Counted from the first letter of the stretch, positions 51,272 to 63,599 are shown. The stretch: 64,000 bases of DNA from Mytilus trossulus (GCF_036588685.1 NC_086383.1:23250001-23314000); one strand, 5' to 3'. The notes: generated by a model from the sequence alone, not told the origin. A program made the numbers and translations.

Positions 51272-52333
51272 CCTTTTGTTTTTAATCTCTGGATTCTGAA
51301 ATTATAGAGTTCATAGTGCATTTCTTCAAGTAAAATTTGGTGTCAATAACTTCAGTGTGTTATATTTCTGTAAACATACAAAAACGAATGCCCAATTTTA
51401 AACCATTTGAATGTATTAATCTGAACATTACTCGATCTTTTTTATCTTAGCATTACACACACATACAAAATTTTGAAAAAATATTTAAATCAAGGAATGT
51501 ATTTACCTCTTGCTAAGCTCTGATTCTGTACCAGGCTGTGGCTAAACTCTTTTGTTCTTTTTTTTTTGTTCATAGATATAGGAAGATGTGGTGTGAGTGT
51601 CAATGAGTCAACTCTCCATCCAAATAACAATTTAAAAAGTAAACCATTATAGGTTAAAGTATAGTTCTTTAGATTTTTAATAAACTTTGGATTTTCAAAT
51701 ATTTTGGCATAGAGCAAAATGTGTTTTAGATAGAAGATGTTTTTGTGTCCTGTTAAATTGTTCCTTTTAAAATTGTTATACGATGATGACTGATGTACCC
51801 ATATTTTGACTATTTTATTAATTGTGACTGTTTATTTAACGCATCATGTAAATGTAGCGGAATTTGATGAGACTGTTATTAAAGTGAGAGTGTTAGCGCT
51901 ATAGAACCAGGTTTAATGCACCATTTTCTACATTTGAAAATGCCTGTACCAAGTCAGGAATATGACAGTTCTTGTCCATTCGTTTTTGATGCGTTTTGTT
52001 TTTTGATTTTGCCATGTGATTATGGACTTTCCAAATTGATTTTCCTCTGAGTTCAGTATTTTTGTGATTTTACTTTTCACTGAAGAGACATTAAATGTAG
52101 AAATAAGATTTTGGTGCAGAACCATTGGTACTGTTTATGTTATTATTACTAAAATGCTGACAAAACAATTCAGAACTCTTCTTGTTGCTAAATGATTTTT
52201 CGTATATAATACGCTTTTAAGAAAACATTTTTATCTTAAATTTAACAATAAACATTCTGAAAAACCTGTTTAGTCTATTTCATTTGGTAGTTTTATTTCT
52301 GATGCCGATTATCAAATTATCAAATATGTACGT

Positions 52334-52865
52334 ACCTTCCTTCTATCCGTTCGTTTACTTCTTGGGTTGTGAAAAAAGTTTAAATACAGTATTTGGTCAT
52401 CTCAGAGAGATATTATTTTTGTTTTTATGAGAATAATAAACTGGGGAACCACAATTTTAACCGAGACTTACAACAGTTTCGTAATGAAAACAAAAAGGTG
52501 ATATTTTTCTGACACCGACTTAATACTAATATTGATTTATACTACAATTAAAAAAGGCTACAAATATATTTATTAAAATTTAAATACACAAAGTATCTCC
52601 TTAAATGAACCCCACATGAAAGAGAATAATGAAGAATAGGACATCGGCCTTCAGATGAAACAGGGAAGAATATGGTTCTTTGTAATTTTTTAAATACAAT
52701 TAAATAAGCTTTATAAAGATATTTTACACTTAGTTATAGAAATTAATATCTTGATGATAAAGTATACATACAAATTTGCGACAAAAGTGCACGGACCATT
52801 AATTTTTTACTATGTTCGTTCAATAAAGACAACAGGAAATGTTCTAGTTATAGTAAACAATAGTC
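52334..52865 (-). promoter_or_regulatory. Conserved 5' non-coding exon/promoter block of the GPCR genes (paralogues at about 35376-35762 and 44746-45150)
   Basis: Three colinear blocks each end in a - strand donor (GTACGT, GTATGT, GTAAGT) and share (g/a)ataaagaca(a/c)caggaa(g/a)t. Confidence 0.55.
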
Positions 52866-54029
52866 AGTTATTATACATCCCCTCAATGTGTTATTGTGCT
52901 AAGGTGATGTATTGTATTCTCGTTTTTCATTGTTGCGTATGTCCTCATTCTATATGCCTTTTTTGTGCTTTTTTGTTACATATTTGTTTGTTTATTTACT
53001 GATTAAGATTATAACACAATGTTGACTGCTGTACCCCTATGTTTGACATATTTACCTACTATGTCTGTTAGTTTTGTTCACACATCGTTGTCAAAATCAT
53101 CGAATTGTATCCGACTGTTATACATTGAGAGGTTAACCTAGCTATAAAACCATATTTTATCCAATATTTTTCATAAGAACATGCTTGTACACAATATTCA
53201 TCAATCCGTTTCATTTTGCTTCTATTAAATTCAGATTGTTTCCATGGCAACACCAAAAAGGAATTAAATTCCACAATTTTAACTACTGAAAATCAAATAT
53301 ATGAAAGTGCACATACATGTTCATAACACAAATACTAAGCCGTATCTGTAAGAAAGCAAGGGAAAGAAGGTGATTTAAAATTATGAGTGCCATTTTTCAT
53401 TTTATTTCTTATTAACTGTGTATTACTTCATATGACTTGAATATTGTATTTCCGAAAATTATGCTGTGTGTGAATAACGTACATTTCCCATTGATGACTA
53501 GCATCAGTCAAAAAGAGTTTAAAGTGATTGAATTTCTCCTTAATTGTAGGCATGCCTGCATCTTAAACAATCAGGTATCTGAGTAAATTAATGAAGCTAT
53601 CAAACAAAGGTTCACAAGATTTAAAACTGAAGTAATTCCTTTGAAATTCTAATGGACGCCTTCAAACGTTGTTTTACCGTTATAAAATATTTGTTTTTGC
53701 AGATGATGATAGATATGTTCCTACTGACGTAGATGCGATGACCTTCAAATGATATCTTTGAATGCACCTTATCAACGAATTTGTATAAATATGGAAAACA
53801 CAACCGGTACCACCGGAGCAATTGGGATCATCCTTTTATAAGTGGGGTTCCTGCTTCTATTTTTTTAGTTGTATAACTTGAATTTTTGTCGACTGTTTCT
53901 TTGTTTTATCGTTGTTTTTAGTTTTTGCAATGTCGTTGCCATTTAGTCTTCTTTGAAAAAATACGTAAATCCCTTTGGCATCTTCAGTCTATCTTTTTAG
54001 ATTAACTAGTTCTATCTGATATGTACCTA

Positions 54030-54500
54030 CATGTAGTGTCTTTTTGCTTTTAGGATGTACAAGTATCCGGCTACGTCCACTTGTATTTTTGTCCATCTAA
54101 TTTCAACTATATTTTATAGTTCGTTCTAATGTTGTACTGATATACCACTGTTCAAGGTTGGGGAGGGTCGGAATCCCGCGAACATGTTTAAACCTGCCAC
54201 ATTCTGTATGTTTGTGCCTGTCCCAAGTCAGGAGCCTGTAATTAAGTGGTTGTCGTTTGTTTATGTGTTACATATTTGATATTCGTTCCTTTTTTGTATA
54301 TAAACTAAGGCCGTTAGTTTTCTCGTTTGAATTGTTTTACATTGTCATTGTTTCGGGATCTTTTATAGCTGACTATGCGGTAGGGGGTTTGCTCATTGTT
54401 GAAGGCCGTACGGTGATATATAGTTGTTAATTTCTATGTCATTTTGGTCTCTTGTGGAGAGTTGTCTCATTGGCAATCATACCACATCTTCTTTTTTATA
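54030..54500 (+). repeat. Abundant dispersed repeat
   Basis: tgtcccaagtcaggagcctgta..ggccgttagttttctcgtttgaattg..gagagttgtctcattggcaatcataccacatcttc. Fragments also at about 3780-3890, 32600-32780, 39620-39930, 40320-40420 and 61620-62010. Confidence 0.7.
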
Positions 54501-55003
54501 GTTCAACTGTGTGTGTACTTTTTTCTATTTGTTTTGTATAGAAATGTGTAGACTCAAAACAAATGCTCTCCAATTTATTGACAAGAAAACAAGGCAACTA
54601 TCGACAATATGAGGAAAAAATTATTTTTGTTTTATTCCTGTCATTTTACCACACAATTTATTCTAATTGAGTTAAAACAACCGATTTTAGCAACATTTAA
54701 TCCAATAAAAAGAAATTCGTTGCCGGATGAAGCTTTTTTTAATATGATAAAAGTGGTGGATAAATAAACTCCTCATAGAAACCAGGATAAAATTTTGTAT
54801 TGACGCCAGACGCGCGTTTCGTCTACAAAAGATATAAAGATAGTCACGCTCTAATCCAAACACAGTTTAAAAAAAATCTAGAACTCAATAATTAACTGCA
54901 CAGAAAAGAGCATACGTTTAGACAATTAAGGATTGAAGTATTTGTTTGCAACTTCCTGGATTAAAGAGTACATTCTATATGTATTTAGCCATACTGTTAT
55001 AGT

Positions 55004-55090
55004 TTATTTGCAACCCCCTGGACTAAAATGTATATCATCGATAGCTATATCGCCAGTTACTCCGCTTCCGCGCACTGCTTCAAATATTAT
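55004..55090 (-). CDS. EGF+MAM domain protein, last exon (MAM C-terminus)
   Basis: ttttgcag acceptor, then IIFEAVRGSGVTGDIAIDDIHFSPGGCK*, containing the MAM signature GDIAIDDI..C. Confidence 0.9.
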   Translation of the reverse strand: MIFEAVRGSGVTGDIAIDDIHFSPGGCK

Positions 55091-56246
55091 CTGCAAAAAA
55101 ACACATACAAATTAGAAATGGCATCAAAAATAATTTAATGATATATTTATTGTGGATTCAAATCAAAGTAATGTTACGTTTCTGTAAATGATGACCACTA
55201 CAACATTATCGCATTCTGAATGTGTTCGTTATAATCTACTACAGCAAATACATGAATAGCATTACTTACATAGGAGGCAGATAATACCACGTGGACATTT
55301 AAAACTTATAAATTGAGAAAAATAAAAATGCCAATATCATAAAAAAAACAACGAGAAGACGAACGCATCCACAAGATACTGCATTCAAACGATTGAGCAA
55401 CTCGAACCAATACCAAAGACTGCGATCAAATGCATGTGCTTCCAAAGGGTTAGCAGAAACTGCTCCACACCTCTTATTTTGTATAGATACTAAATTATTG
55501 CATTTTAGCATTTTGAAACATTCGTTTTTATTTATTTATTAACAAATTATTGTCTAACGTCAACAGTCGTACGCAAAATTTCGTGTTTACCTATATACAA
55601 TATCTGTGTCAAAAAACTAGGGAGTAAAACAACAAGTTTGAAACAAATCAAAAAGCGACTAAACATTATAGGCGTATTTGATCTCGAAACACCTTACACT
55701 GTAAATGTGTACAATGCAATGAAACTACTGCCGGACCTGTAGATCTTTTAAGTAATAAAGTGGGGCTTTTTTTAAATGAAATGAAGCTTTATAAATTTCG
55801 TGCGTTCAAAGCGTTTTTTGTTTTTTCGCTTTACCATGTTTACCTTAGTCAGGAATATGACACGGTTTTTTTTCACTAGTAACGTTGGTTGATATAGTCG
55901 AGCGTTTGGTTACATCATTTATGGAGGTTTTATAGTTTTTTATCACAATGAGCTTTCGTAACCAAAACAATGGCAAAATAGGGATGTAGCAATACTTAAA
56001 AACGTAAAGAGTACTTAAGTCTAGTTATATGACTAAAAGGAACCGGAACGGAATTACTCCATTTTACAGAAAAGGGTGTTTTCAAAATTCAGCCAAATAT
56101 TAAATATTCAAACAGAATTCCAAATTTAAAAGTGTATCCCTCCTGTTAAAAGTGTAAACCCTTTGGTTCCTTGTGCAGTTTTCTGCTCTTTGGTCGGGAT
56201 GTTATCTCTTTGAAACATTTCCCGTTCAATTCTAAATTTAACTTAC

Positions 56247-56407
56247 ATGTTTGTCCACAGCACCATCTACTTCTAGTGATAATGTATTCCACACATCTCC
56301 ATGACTACCAGATTGTGTCCACAACTTCTGGTCTCCATGGTAAATATTAAGAGATCCTACAGCTGTACCGTACATATGGTAGCTAAACTTTAAACACCTT
56401 AAGCATG
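56247..56407 (-). CDS. EGF+MAM domain protein, MAM exon
   Basis: ttttag|..CLRCLKFSYHMYGTAVGSLNIYHGDQKLWTQSGSHGDVWNTLSLEVDGAVDKH|gtaagt, phase 1 to 0. Confidence 0.9.
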
Positions 56408-57071
56408 CTAAAATGAATCAGTATAAGCACATCAACGCATGTTTATTTTCAATGTCTACGCAGTTTATAAAAATGAAATCCACATTTTATAAATAGCATG
56501 TTTACCGGTATCATCAGGATCGCTCGAATATGAATATTAGAAAACCAAGATTGAATAAGAAACGAAACAGTGTCAGGTCTATAACTAAAAAGTACCTAAA
56601 AATATTAGTCAATTCCATCGACCTTTATAATTTGCATGCCATTTCTAAATTTTATAATAGGAGTAATTCTGGGTAAAATTCTCTGAACTCAGAGAACAAT
56701 TTTTATGTAATTGTATTAGTATATTAGATCAGATATGCATTTGTATGTAATACGAGTATACGTCTGTTTAGTTTTTCTTGAACATTTGTATAAAATGGAA
56801 ATAAATAAGTCTTTATCACGTTGGAGCTTAGAATATTTTATGAAAGTAATTTACTTACATAAAAATAGAACATACACTTAAAAATAGGTTACAGGTACTT
56901 AACTTTATGATTTCACAAACTTTTATGAAATTTTGCATGCAATTAGTACACGAAAATCTGCTAATGAATACTGTAAAAAGTGTATTTTTCTGTGATAAAA
57001 CAATTTCTTTTCAATGCTTTCAAAGTACACATTTGAAATGATTCTTTTATCATAAACATTAGAAATGTTCA

Positions 57072-57372
57072 AAACTTACTAGAGAAAATGATTGTCTAGA
57101 TATTAACCTATCAATGTTATTTCAAACTTACTTTAAAAAGATTGTCTAGATATTAACCTATCAATGTTATTTCAAACTTACTTGAAAATGATTGTCTAGA
57201 TATTCACCTATCAATGTTGTTTCATACATACTTGAAAATGATTGTCTATATATTAACCTATCAATGTTAATTCAAACTTACTTGAAAATGATTGTCTAGA
57301 TATTAACCTAGCAATGTTATTTCAAACTTACTTGAAAATGATTGTCTAGATATTAACCTAGCAATGTTATTT
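57072..57372. repeat. 50-bp tandem repeat x6 made of an exon end plus splice donor
   Basis: attgtcta(g/t)a at 57091, 57141, 57191, 57241, 57291 and 57341. Confidence 0.95.
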
Positions 57373-57461
57373 TCCTGGGCCGGAGGAGATGCCTCTATGT
57401 ACATATAATACGTCCCTTCATAGGCCGATGGTGGACCTGTATATCTACTTGGCGTTGTACC
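57332..57461 (-). CDS. EGF+MAM domain protein, MAM exon
   Basis: tacag|GTTPSRYTGPPSAYEGTYYMYIEASPPAQENNIARLISRQSFS|gtaagt, phase 0 to 1, with the MAM motif TPS..TGP..YMYIEAS. Confidence 0.9.
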
Positions 57462-57666
57462 CTGTAGTATAAAATATATTTGAAGTTACTTGAAATTAGA
57501 AGATGTGGTATGAGTGCAAATGATACAACTCTCAATCCAATTCACAATATGTAAAAAGTAAAGAATTATACGTCAAAGTAAAACCTTAATTGAGGAAATG
57601 TCAGGAATATGACAGTTGTTGTCCATTCGTTTTTATGTGTTTTGCCATTTGAATTTGCCATGTGAT

Positions 57667-58660
57667 CAGGGGCGGATTTAGGCGGAGGCGTGGTGGGCGT
57701 GCCTAAAGTTTTCAAAGCATGGGTTGTCCTCAGCTCAAAAAAGTATCTGAACAGACGACGAAAATTAATGTCGTCGCATTGCATCTGTTTAATAACATTC
57801 TTAGAAAGAAGTTTATATAAAAAAGTAAGTTTAAGAGAATCACCAAGATTTCTTATAAACTGACCTACGGTTTGTTTATAAGTTTTATATATATAACCTA
57901 CTGCAAAGAAAGGTGTCAAACATGGTACTGCGTCTGATGACAGATATCATATGCTTTTGGCAGTTAAAGTAAAACAATTGTGACAGTGAACAATTTCTTT
58001 GATTTTCGAAGTTTTAAAACAACCCTACCTCACTTTCTCACGAAGTAGGTAAAAGTGCCCTACCCACGGTTGGGTTGGTTATTTTATCATACCACGGTCA
58101 AGAAAACAGTCCAGGTTGGATTCTTTCTTAATGAAAGATAGAAATACTGGTTCAAGCGAAAAGTTACTTTATTAATTTGTATAATTATTTGATATCTCTG
58201 TATCAATATATGTTTCTCACTTGTAACCTGTAAATTTTGTCGAAACAAGCATTAACGGTCAAGGCAACAACCCGTACTTATGTATAACATAGGATCCAAA
58301 AACAAAAATAATAACAAATTTTTATGAAAAGACAATTAAGAATCGCTGGCGAAAGTAATTTTTGTTTTATTGGTCAGGTGAGCTATTGTTGAGTCAATGA
58401 ATAAAAGTTGACAGATTTCTTGTTGATCATGGGGATTGTAGATTGATAGGGGTGAATCTGTGTGGTTTTAGCTTGAAAATGTAATTTCTCGCTAATTTTA
58501 CCACAAATATTTCTCGCCGCGTTTTGCCTTGCAAGATATAAAAGAATACTTAAAAAAAATGATAATTATACCTCAAACAAAATTTCGCCTCGCTCTGCTC
58601 GGCAACAATTAAAATTTGCGCCCCCCCCCCCCCTAATCGAAAATGCTGGATCCGTCCCTG
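57667..58660. mobile_element. hAT-like non-autonomous element with an apparent 5-bp TSD, inserted in another repeat
   Basis: gtgat|caggggcggattta ... tggatccgtccctg|gtgat. The uninterrupted host repeat is seen at 52011 (gccatgtgattatggactttcca). Confidence 0.75.
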
Positions 58661-59588
58661 GTGATTATATGGACTTTCCAATTTGATTTTCCTCTGAGTT
58701 CAGCATTTTTGTGATTTTACTTTTTTCTTCAATACTGTTTTTGCTATCATCGAAAAAAAAGAAGCTATAGACGCTCCCCCTACCCTCCCAAATGGACTAC
58801 TGTAAAACAAACAATTCAAACAGAATAACCAACGTTTTTATCAATATAAAAAAACGTAAAACGACTAATACCTATGAACCACCAACAAACGTCAACCACT
58901 GAACGACATGCTCTTGACTAAGAAACGGCTACAAATAAATGCAGCGGGTTTAACTTAGTTTTACGGCGTCAAGTGTATGTATTTGTATCAAAAAATTATA
59001 TTTAAATATATGTCAATAGTTATTATAAATAAGATATTAAATTTTATTAAAAAAAAATCTAATTGTTTTTGTTTTTTTGTCAACGATATCTCATCTTTTC
59101 AGTTATTTACAAATATCATTGTTAACATTTTTTTTCACACGTAATCCAATTGTTTTTTCAGAGGTCAGGGGAAATTGTCAGATGTTATCGAAACAAGGAA
59201 CTGGTGTTATACTGTATGGGATTTTTTTATAGTTATGGTAAATGTTGCGGAGGAGTGTAGACAGAAATTCATAAAAACAAAAATAATACAAGGCTTATAA
59301 TTATATACGCATTGCTTGTCTAACAGAGGGGTTCTTACACTTGCCCTCCCCCTCTCTCTTCTATCCCTCAGATCGCTACTCGGTAGATAAAGGAATATGT
59401 GGTATGAGAGCCAATGAGACAACACTCCATCAAAGTCACAATTTGTAAAAGTAAACCATTATACGTCAAAGTTAGGCATTCATCACCAAGCCTAAAAGTC
59501 TGCTCACACTGAACAGTAGGCATGTTCAATTCAATTCATGTTCAATTCAAAGTGTAATTCATATATTAGTAAATATTTGACTATATAC

Positions 59589-59683
59589 CGTATTTCTAGT
59601 CCAGTTGAAATTATCAGATAAATCATCTTGTAGAAAACAGCCGTCTTCGTGTTCTTCGAACGTACAACTGTAGTACTGTGCTC
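59589..59683 (-). CDS. EGF+MAM domain protein, first MAM exon
   Basis: tttaaag|(G)AQYYSCTFEEHEDGCFLQDDLSDNFNWTRNT|gtatat, phase 1 to 0. Confidence 0.9.
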
Positions 59684-60366
59684 CTTTAAATTTATAAGCA
59701 ATAATACCTAATTATCATCATTAAAAGATTAGAACAAAAACAAAACACTGTTTTATAAAATTGTTTTACAAAAATGTAGCAAACCTATATTTATATACGT
59801 AATTACAACTGACAGTATACTTCTAAAGAATTGTCTTTTCCTATTTTATAGAAAATATAAAACATTAACTATAACGTGTTATTGTATTCTTTTATCTGTC
59901 TTTTCGAATATAACTTTTACTGTTTATATATTAAAAAAAAAGAAAAGGTTGTATGATAACCAATGAGACCCACAAGAGACCAAACGACACAGAAACTAAC
60001 AATTATTGGTGGCTTAGTCTGTTTTGATGAAATCAATTTGACGTTGTTCTGTACTTGTACATACCGTTATTGTGTCATTGTTCTATAACTTTGGTATTCT
60101 TGTCTTTTTGTTTTGCTTATAAATATGCTTTGTCTGTATTCTTGCGTCTGTTTCTTTCTTACATGTGACGTTGCTCTGTACTTGTGCATCAAGTCATTGT
60201 GTTATTGTTCCATAATAATTTCTGTTTACTTGTCTTTCATTTTTGCTAATATGCTTAGTCTATGTGCCGTTTTGTGTTTCTTTCTTACATGTGACATGGC
60301 TCTGTTAATACACATCCCGTCATAATGATATTTTGGCATTGTTTATGTTTGTACATATATATTTTA

Positions 60367-60527
60367 AATTGAGAATGGAAATGGGGAATGTGTCAAAGAG
60401 ACAACAACCCGACCAAATAAAAAAAACAACAGCAGAAGGTCACCAAAAGGTCTTCAACGTAGCGAGAAATTCCCGCACCCGGAGGCGTCCTTCAGCTGGC
60501 CCCTAAACAAATATATACTAGTTCAGT
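60367..60527 (+). repeat. Dispersed repeat
   Basis: aaattgagaatggaaatggggaatgtgtcaaagagacaacaacccgacc..cccgcacccggaggcgtccttcagctggcccc. Inverse copy at 2650-2855. Confidence 0.7.
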
Positions 60528-60936
60528 TGTTTGCTTTTAAATGATTAAGATGGTGGCACAAATTTGGCTGTTGTGTCCCTGGTGATAACCTTTTTGCCTA
60601 TTGTGTCTGTTTGTTTTATTCGTACATTGTTGCCGGCTTCCTCCACCAATAAAAACCGGCCGCTACGAAATAGCTCAAATGAGGCGTTTGTAGTGAGATT
60701 TTGGGGACATTGGCAATTTGTTTTAACCTGTATCGGTAAGTGCAATGTGTCCGACAATTATTCTTAGAGTAAGAGTAAGACAAAACCCTTACGTTTGATA
60801 ATTATTGACCATTCGCTGGAAATCCGTGTTTGGTCAGCATTTAAAATAAAAATCACTTTAGATACCAGCAAGTTCGACCGTTATACATTACAGGATCCGG
60901 ATATAACCGTTTCCTAATCATTTTGAACAATCTTAC

Positions 60937-61065
60937 CGTATTGACAATATTTCTCACAGGCTTCTCCGAAGTACTGGTAGGTACACGCACATGTAGAAAG
61001 GTTTGATGAGAAAAGACATAAACCTCCATTTAGACAGCGGACCTCAGGTCTATCGCAAGGTGTAT
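60937..61065 (-). CDS. EGF+MAM domain protein, EGF-like exon
   Basis: ttatag|TPCDRPEVRCLNGGLCLFSSNLSTCACTYQYFGEACEKYCQY|gtaaga, phase 1-1. Confidence 0.9.
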
Positions 61066-61099
61066 CTATAATCGAATGTTTAAACGAAAGTTTAGGTAC

Positions 61100-61262
61100 C
61101 GATTATCAGGTTATCTGCATGTTGATATCGTAAAATATCTGCTGTGAGACATAATATGAAGCTTTTTGTCGAGTGAGCGTAGCAAAAGAGATCAAAAAGC
61201 CTTCATATAATGTCAAGCAGCTGATATTTTACAATATCAATATGCAGATAATCTGATAATCG
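61100..61262. repeat. Long imperfect palindrome (about 163 bp) in an intron
   Basis: cgattatcaggttatctgcatgttgatatcgtaaaatatc..atatgaagcttttt..aaaaagccttcatat..gatattttacaatatcaatatgcagataatctgataatcg. Confidence 0.85.
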
Positions 61263-62232
61263 ATTTATCGGGCTATATTTGCGTGTTTCAGATGTGTTCT
61301 CTTTGTTTCACCAGCACACAAAAGATGACTTGATAAGTTCGGTTCAAACATTATGATGTCGCTGATATGTCCTGGTCAAAGTTGTTAAGGCCGGGTCAGC
61401 GTATTTGACGTTACAAAGACATGATAAGGAATAATATTAAGAGCTGAACAAAGTGATATAGACAGTGGGACGACCGGTAATTCATTGTTATCAGTTATGG
61501 CTATAATGATACACCGCGTATTTGACTGCTAGTTGAAAATACCAATAAAAAAAAAGACAACAACAAAAATGAAAGACAAACTGTCACAAGTCATGTTTAG
61601 GGAGGGATAGGTGTCAGCAAAATAGTTTGACTCTGCCACTTTATGTATGCACTTATCTCAAATCAATAGACTGCAGTTTGGTGGTTGTCGTTAGATCATG
61701 TCTGTCATATCCGTTTTTCCTAAATTGTTTTGTATAAATAACACGAATAAGGCCGATTGGTCTGAGTTTTTTTTTTTGTCAATTGAATTGTTTCATGTCT
61801 TTAATGTCTATCCTTTTATATAAAAAAAAAAAAAAGAAGATCTGGTATGATTGCCATGAGACAACTGTCCAAAAGAGATTTTTATAGCCGACTATACGGT
61901 ATTTGTTTTACTCATTGTTAAGGGCGGTACGGTATCCTACAATTGCGTTCATCTACTCCGTGTAAACTTCAGTGGATAGTTGTCTCATTGGCAATCATAT
62001 CATATCTCTATATTTTTCATTAACATACTGGCCTTTACTAATCTTTTGTTTTTTAAATATTTCGGAGTGAGCATTTCGTTGAACTTGTATACATTATTTT
62101 CAAGGGGCTTTGTTGAATATAAATTGGTGGCCTTTGACAATTGTCTGCTCTTTAGTAGAGTTGTTGCCTGTTCGAATCCAAGTTTCTGTTCAATTTAATT
62201 TTTAAAACAATTCTCTAAAAGTATATACTTAC

Positions 62233-62340
62233 GTTCACAGTATTTTCCTCTAGTACCATCAGGACAGGAACAGCTAAATTTCCCGTTGACTGAAGAACAA
62301 ATTCCACCATTTTTACACGTGACGTTCGTACAAGGTGTTC
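62233..62340 (-). CDS. EGF+MAM domain protein, EGF-like exon
   Basis: ttttttag|GTPCTNVTCKNGGICSSVNGKFSCSCPDGTRGKYCE|gtaagt, 108 nt, phase 1-1. Confidence 0.92.
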
Positions 62341-63329
62341 CTAAAAAAACACGTTTGTGAACAACATTTTTGCTTTGTTAACTGGACAATCATAAAAATG
62401 CTGTAGTATTGATACTACTATGTATTCAAACATGACATAGCCTTTAGAAGAAAAGTGTAATTACTTTTTTTAACGAAGTATATTTTTTGGGGTGAAAATT
62501 CTTTCATGAATTCTTTTACTAGCAGAAAGAAGCTCATCTTTTACGTAGAATATGATATTTTTCTTCTGGAAGTGTTATTCCGTTTGTTAGCATAAATTGA
62601 CCTGGTTAAGATGTTTATTTGAGATCCATTAGTTTTAGTTATAAATAGCGATATTTTGTCAGACAATGCAGAATAACTCTGATCTTAGTAGCTATGTTAT
62701 ACTACATATTGTTCGCTGAGCTTTCTGTTACTTGTTACACATTTTTTTAAAAACATGTCTTTTTATATCGCCGTCGATGGGTCTGTTTTTTTTCTGAATT
62801 TAGTTCTATTTAAAATGCATGTTACTCCCTCGGGTATACTTTCCCTTTTGTCTGAAGCACTGAGATCACATTCTGTTTTTGTGGGGTTCGTTTTGCTTAG
62901 TCTTAAGTTTTTCTATATTTGTGTTCTGTACTATTAGTTGTCTGTTAGTCCTTTTAACCATGGCGTTGTCAGTTTATTTTCAAGTTCTGAGTTTGAATGT
63001 CCCTCTGGTATCTTTCGCCTCTATTTGCCCATATACATAAGTATTTGTAAATTGATATGTTTACTATTGAGACAACTAATGAACTATTCATCAAAAACCA
63101 AAGAACATGGATAGAAAATACTGGTCTTATTACAAAACAGACGATCCAATCTGTTCAGAATATTCTATTTTATATATTCAGTGATACTCCTTAGACTTTA
63201 AAGTGTTTTGCTTCAACAACGTTTTAATCTTTAGCGTGGTAACTTAGTACCATTCGAAAAACACGCGTTGCTGTACGCTTGATTAGATATATTTTCCCGC
63301 CAGTATTCGTTTAACCAATTATATGTTAC

Positions 63330-63437
63330 CTTCACAGTGTGATCCATAAAACCCAGGAGGACACCTACATTCTCCGACAGAACCATTTATTACACAGAAA
63401 CCTTCATTATAGCAAATGATATTACTGCATAGCATAT
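63330..63437 (-). CDS. EGF+MAM domain protein, EGF-like exon (gene continues beyond the window)
   Basis: ttttacag|MLCSNIICYNEGFCVINGSVGECRCPPGFYGSHCE|gtaaca, 108 nt, phase 1-1. Confidence 0.92.
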
Positions 63438-63599
63438 CTGTAAAACAAAATTTCTATAGCGGCGTGTCAAAACAAAACAAAAAATTACATGTGTATTTCA
63501 CATCCAGCTATTTTACTGTTATGTTGTTTTGCAAAGCTAAGAAACATAGGAACTGGGTCTGTCCTTCGAATCTGACTCCTTGTCCTGACTTATTTGAGC

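Noticed and set aside
39990-52120. Further hammerhead-like remnants at about 39990-40030, 48378-48420, 48955-48995 and 52077-52115
   Set aside because: The core, stem II/III or cleavage triplet is degenerate, so they are not called as ribozymes.
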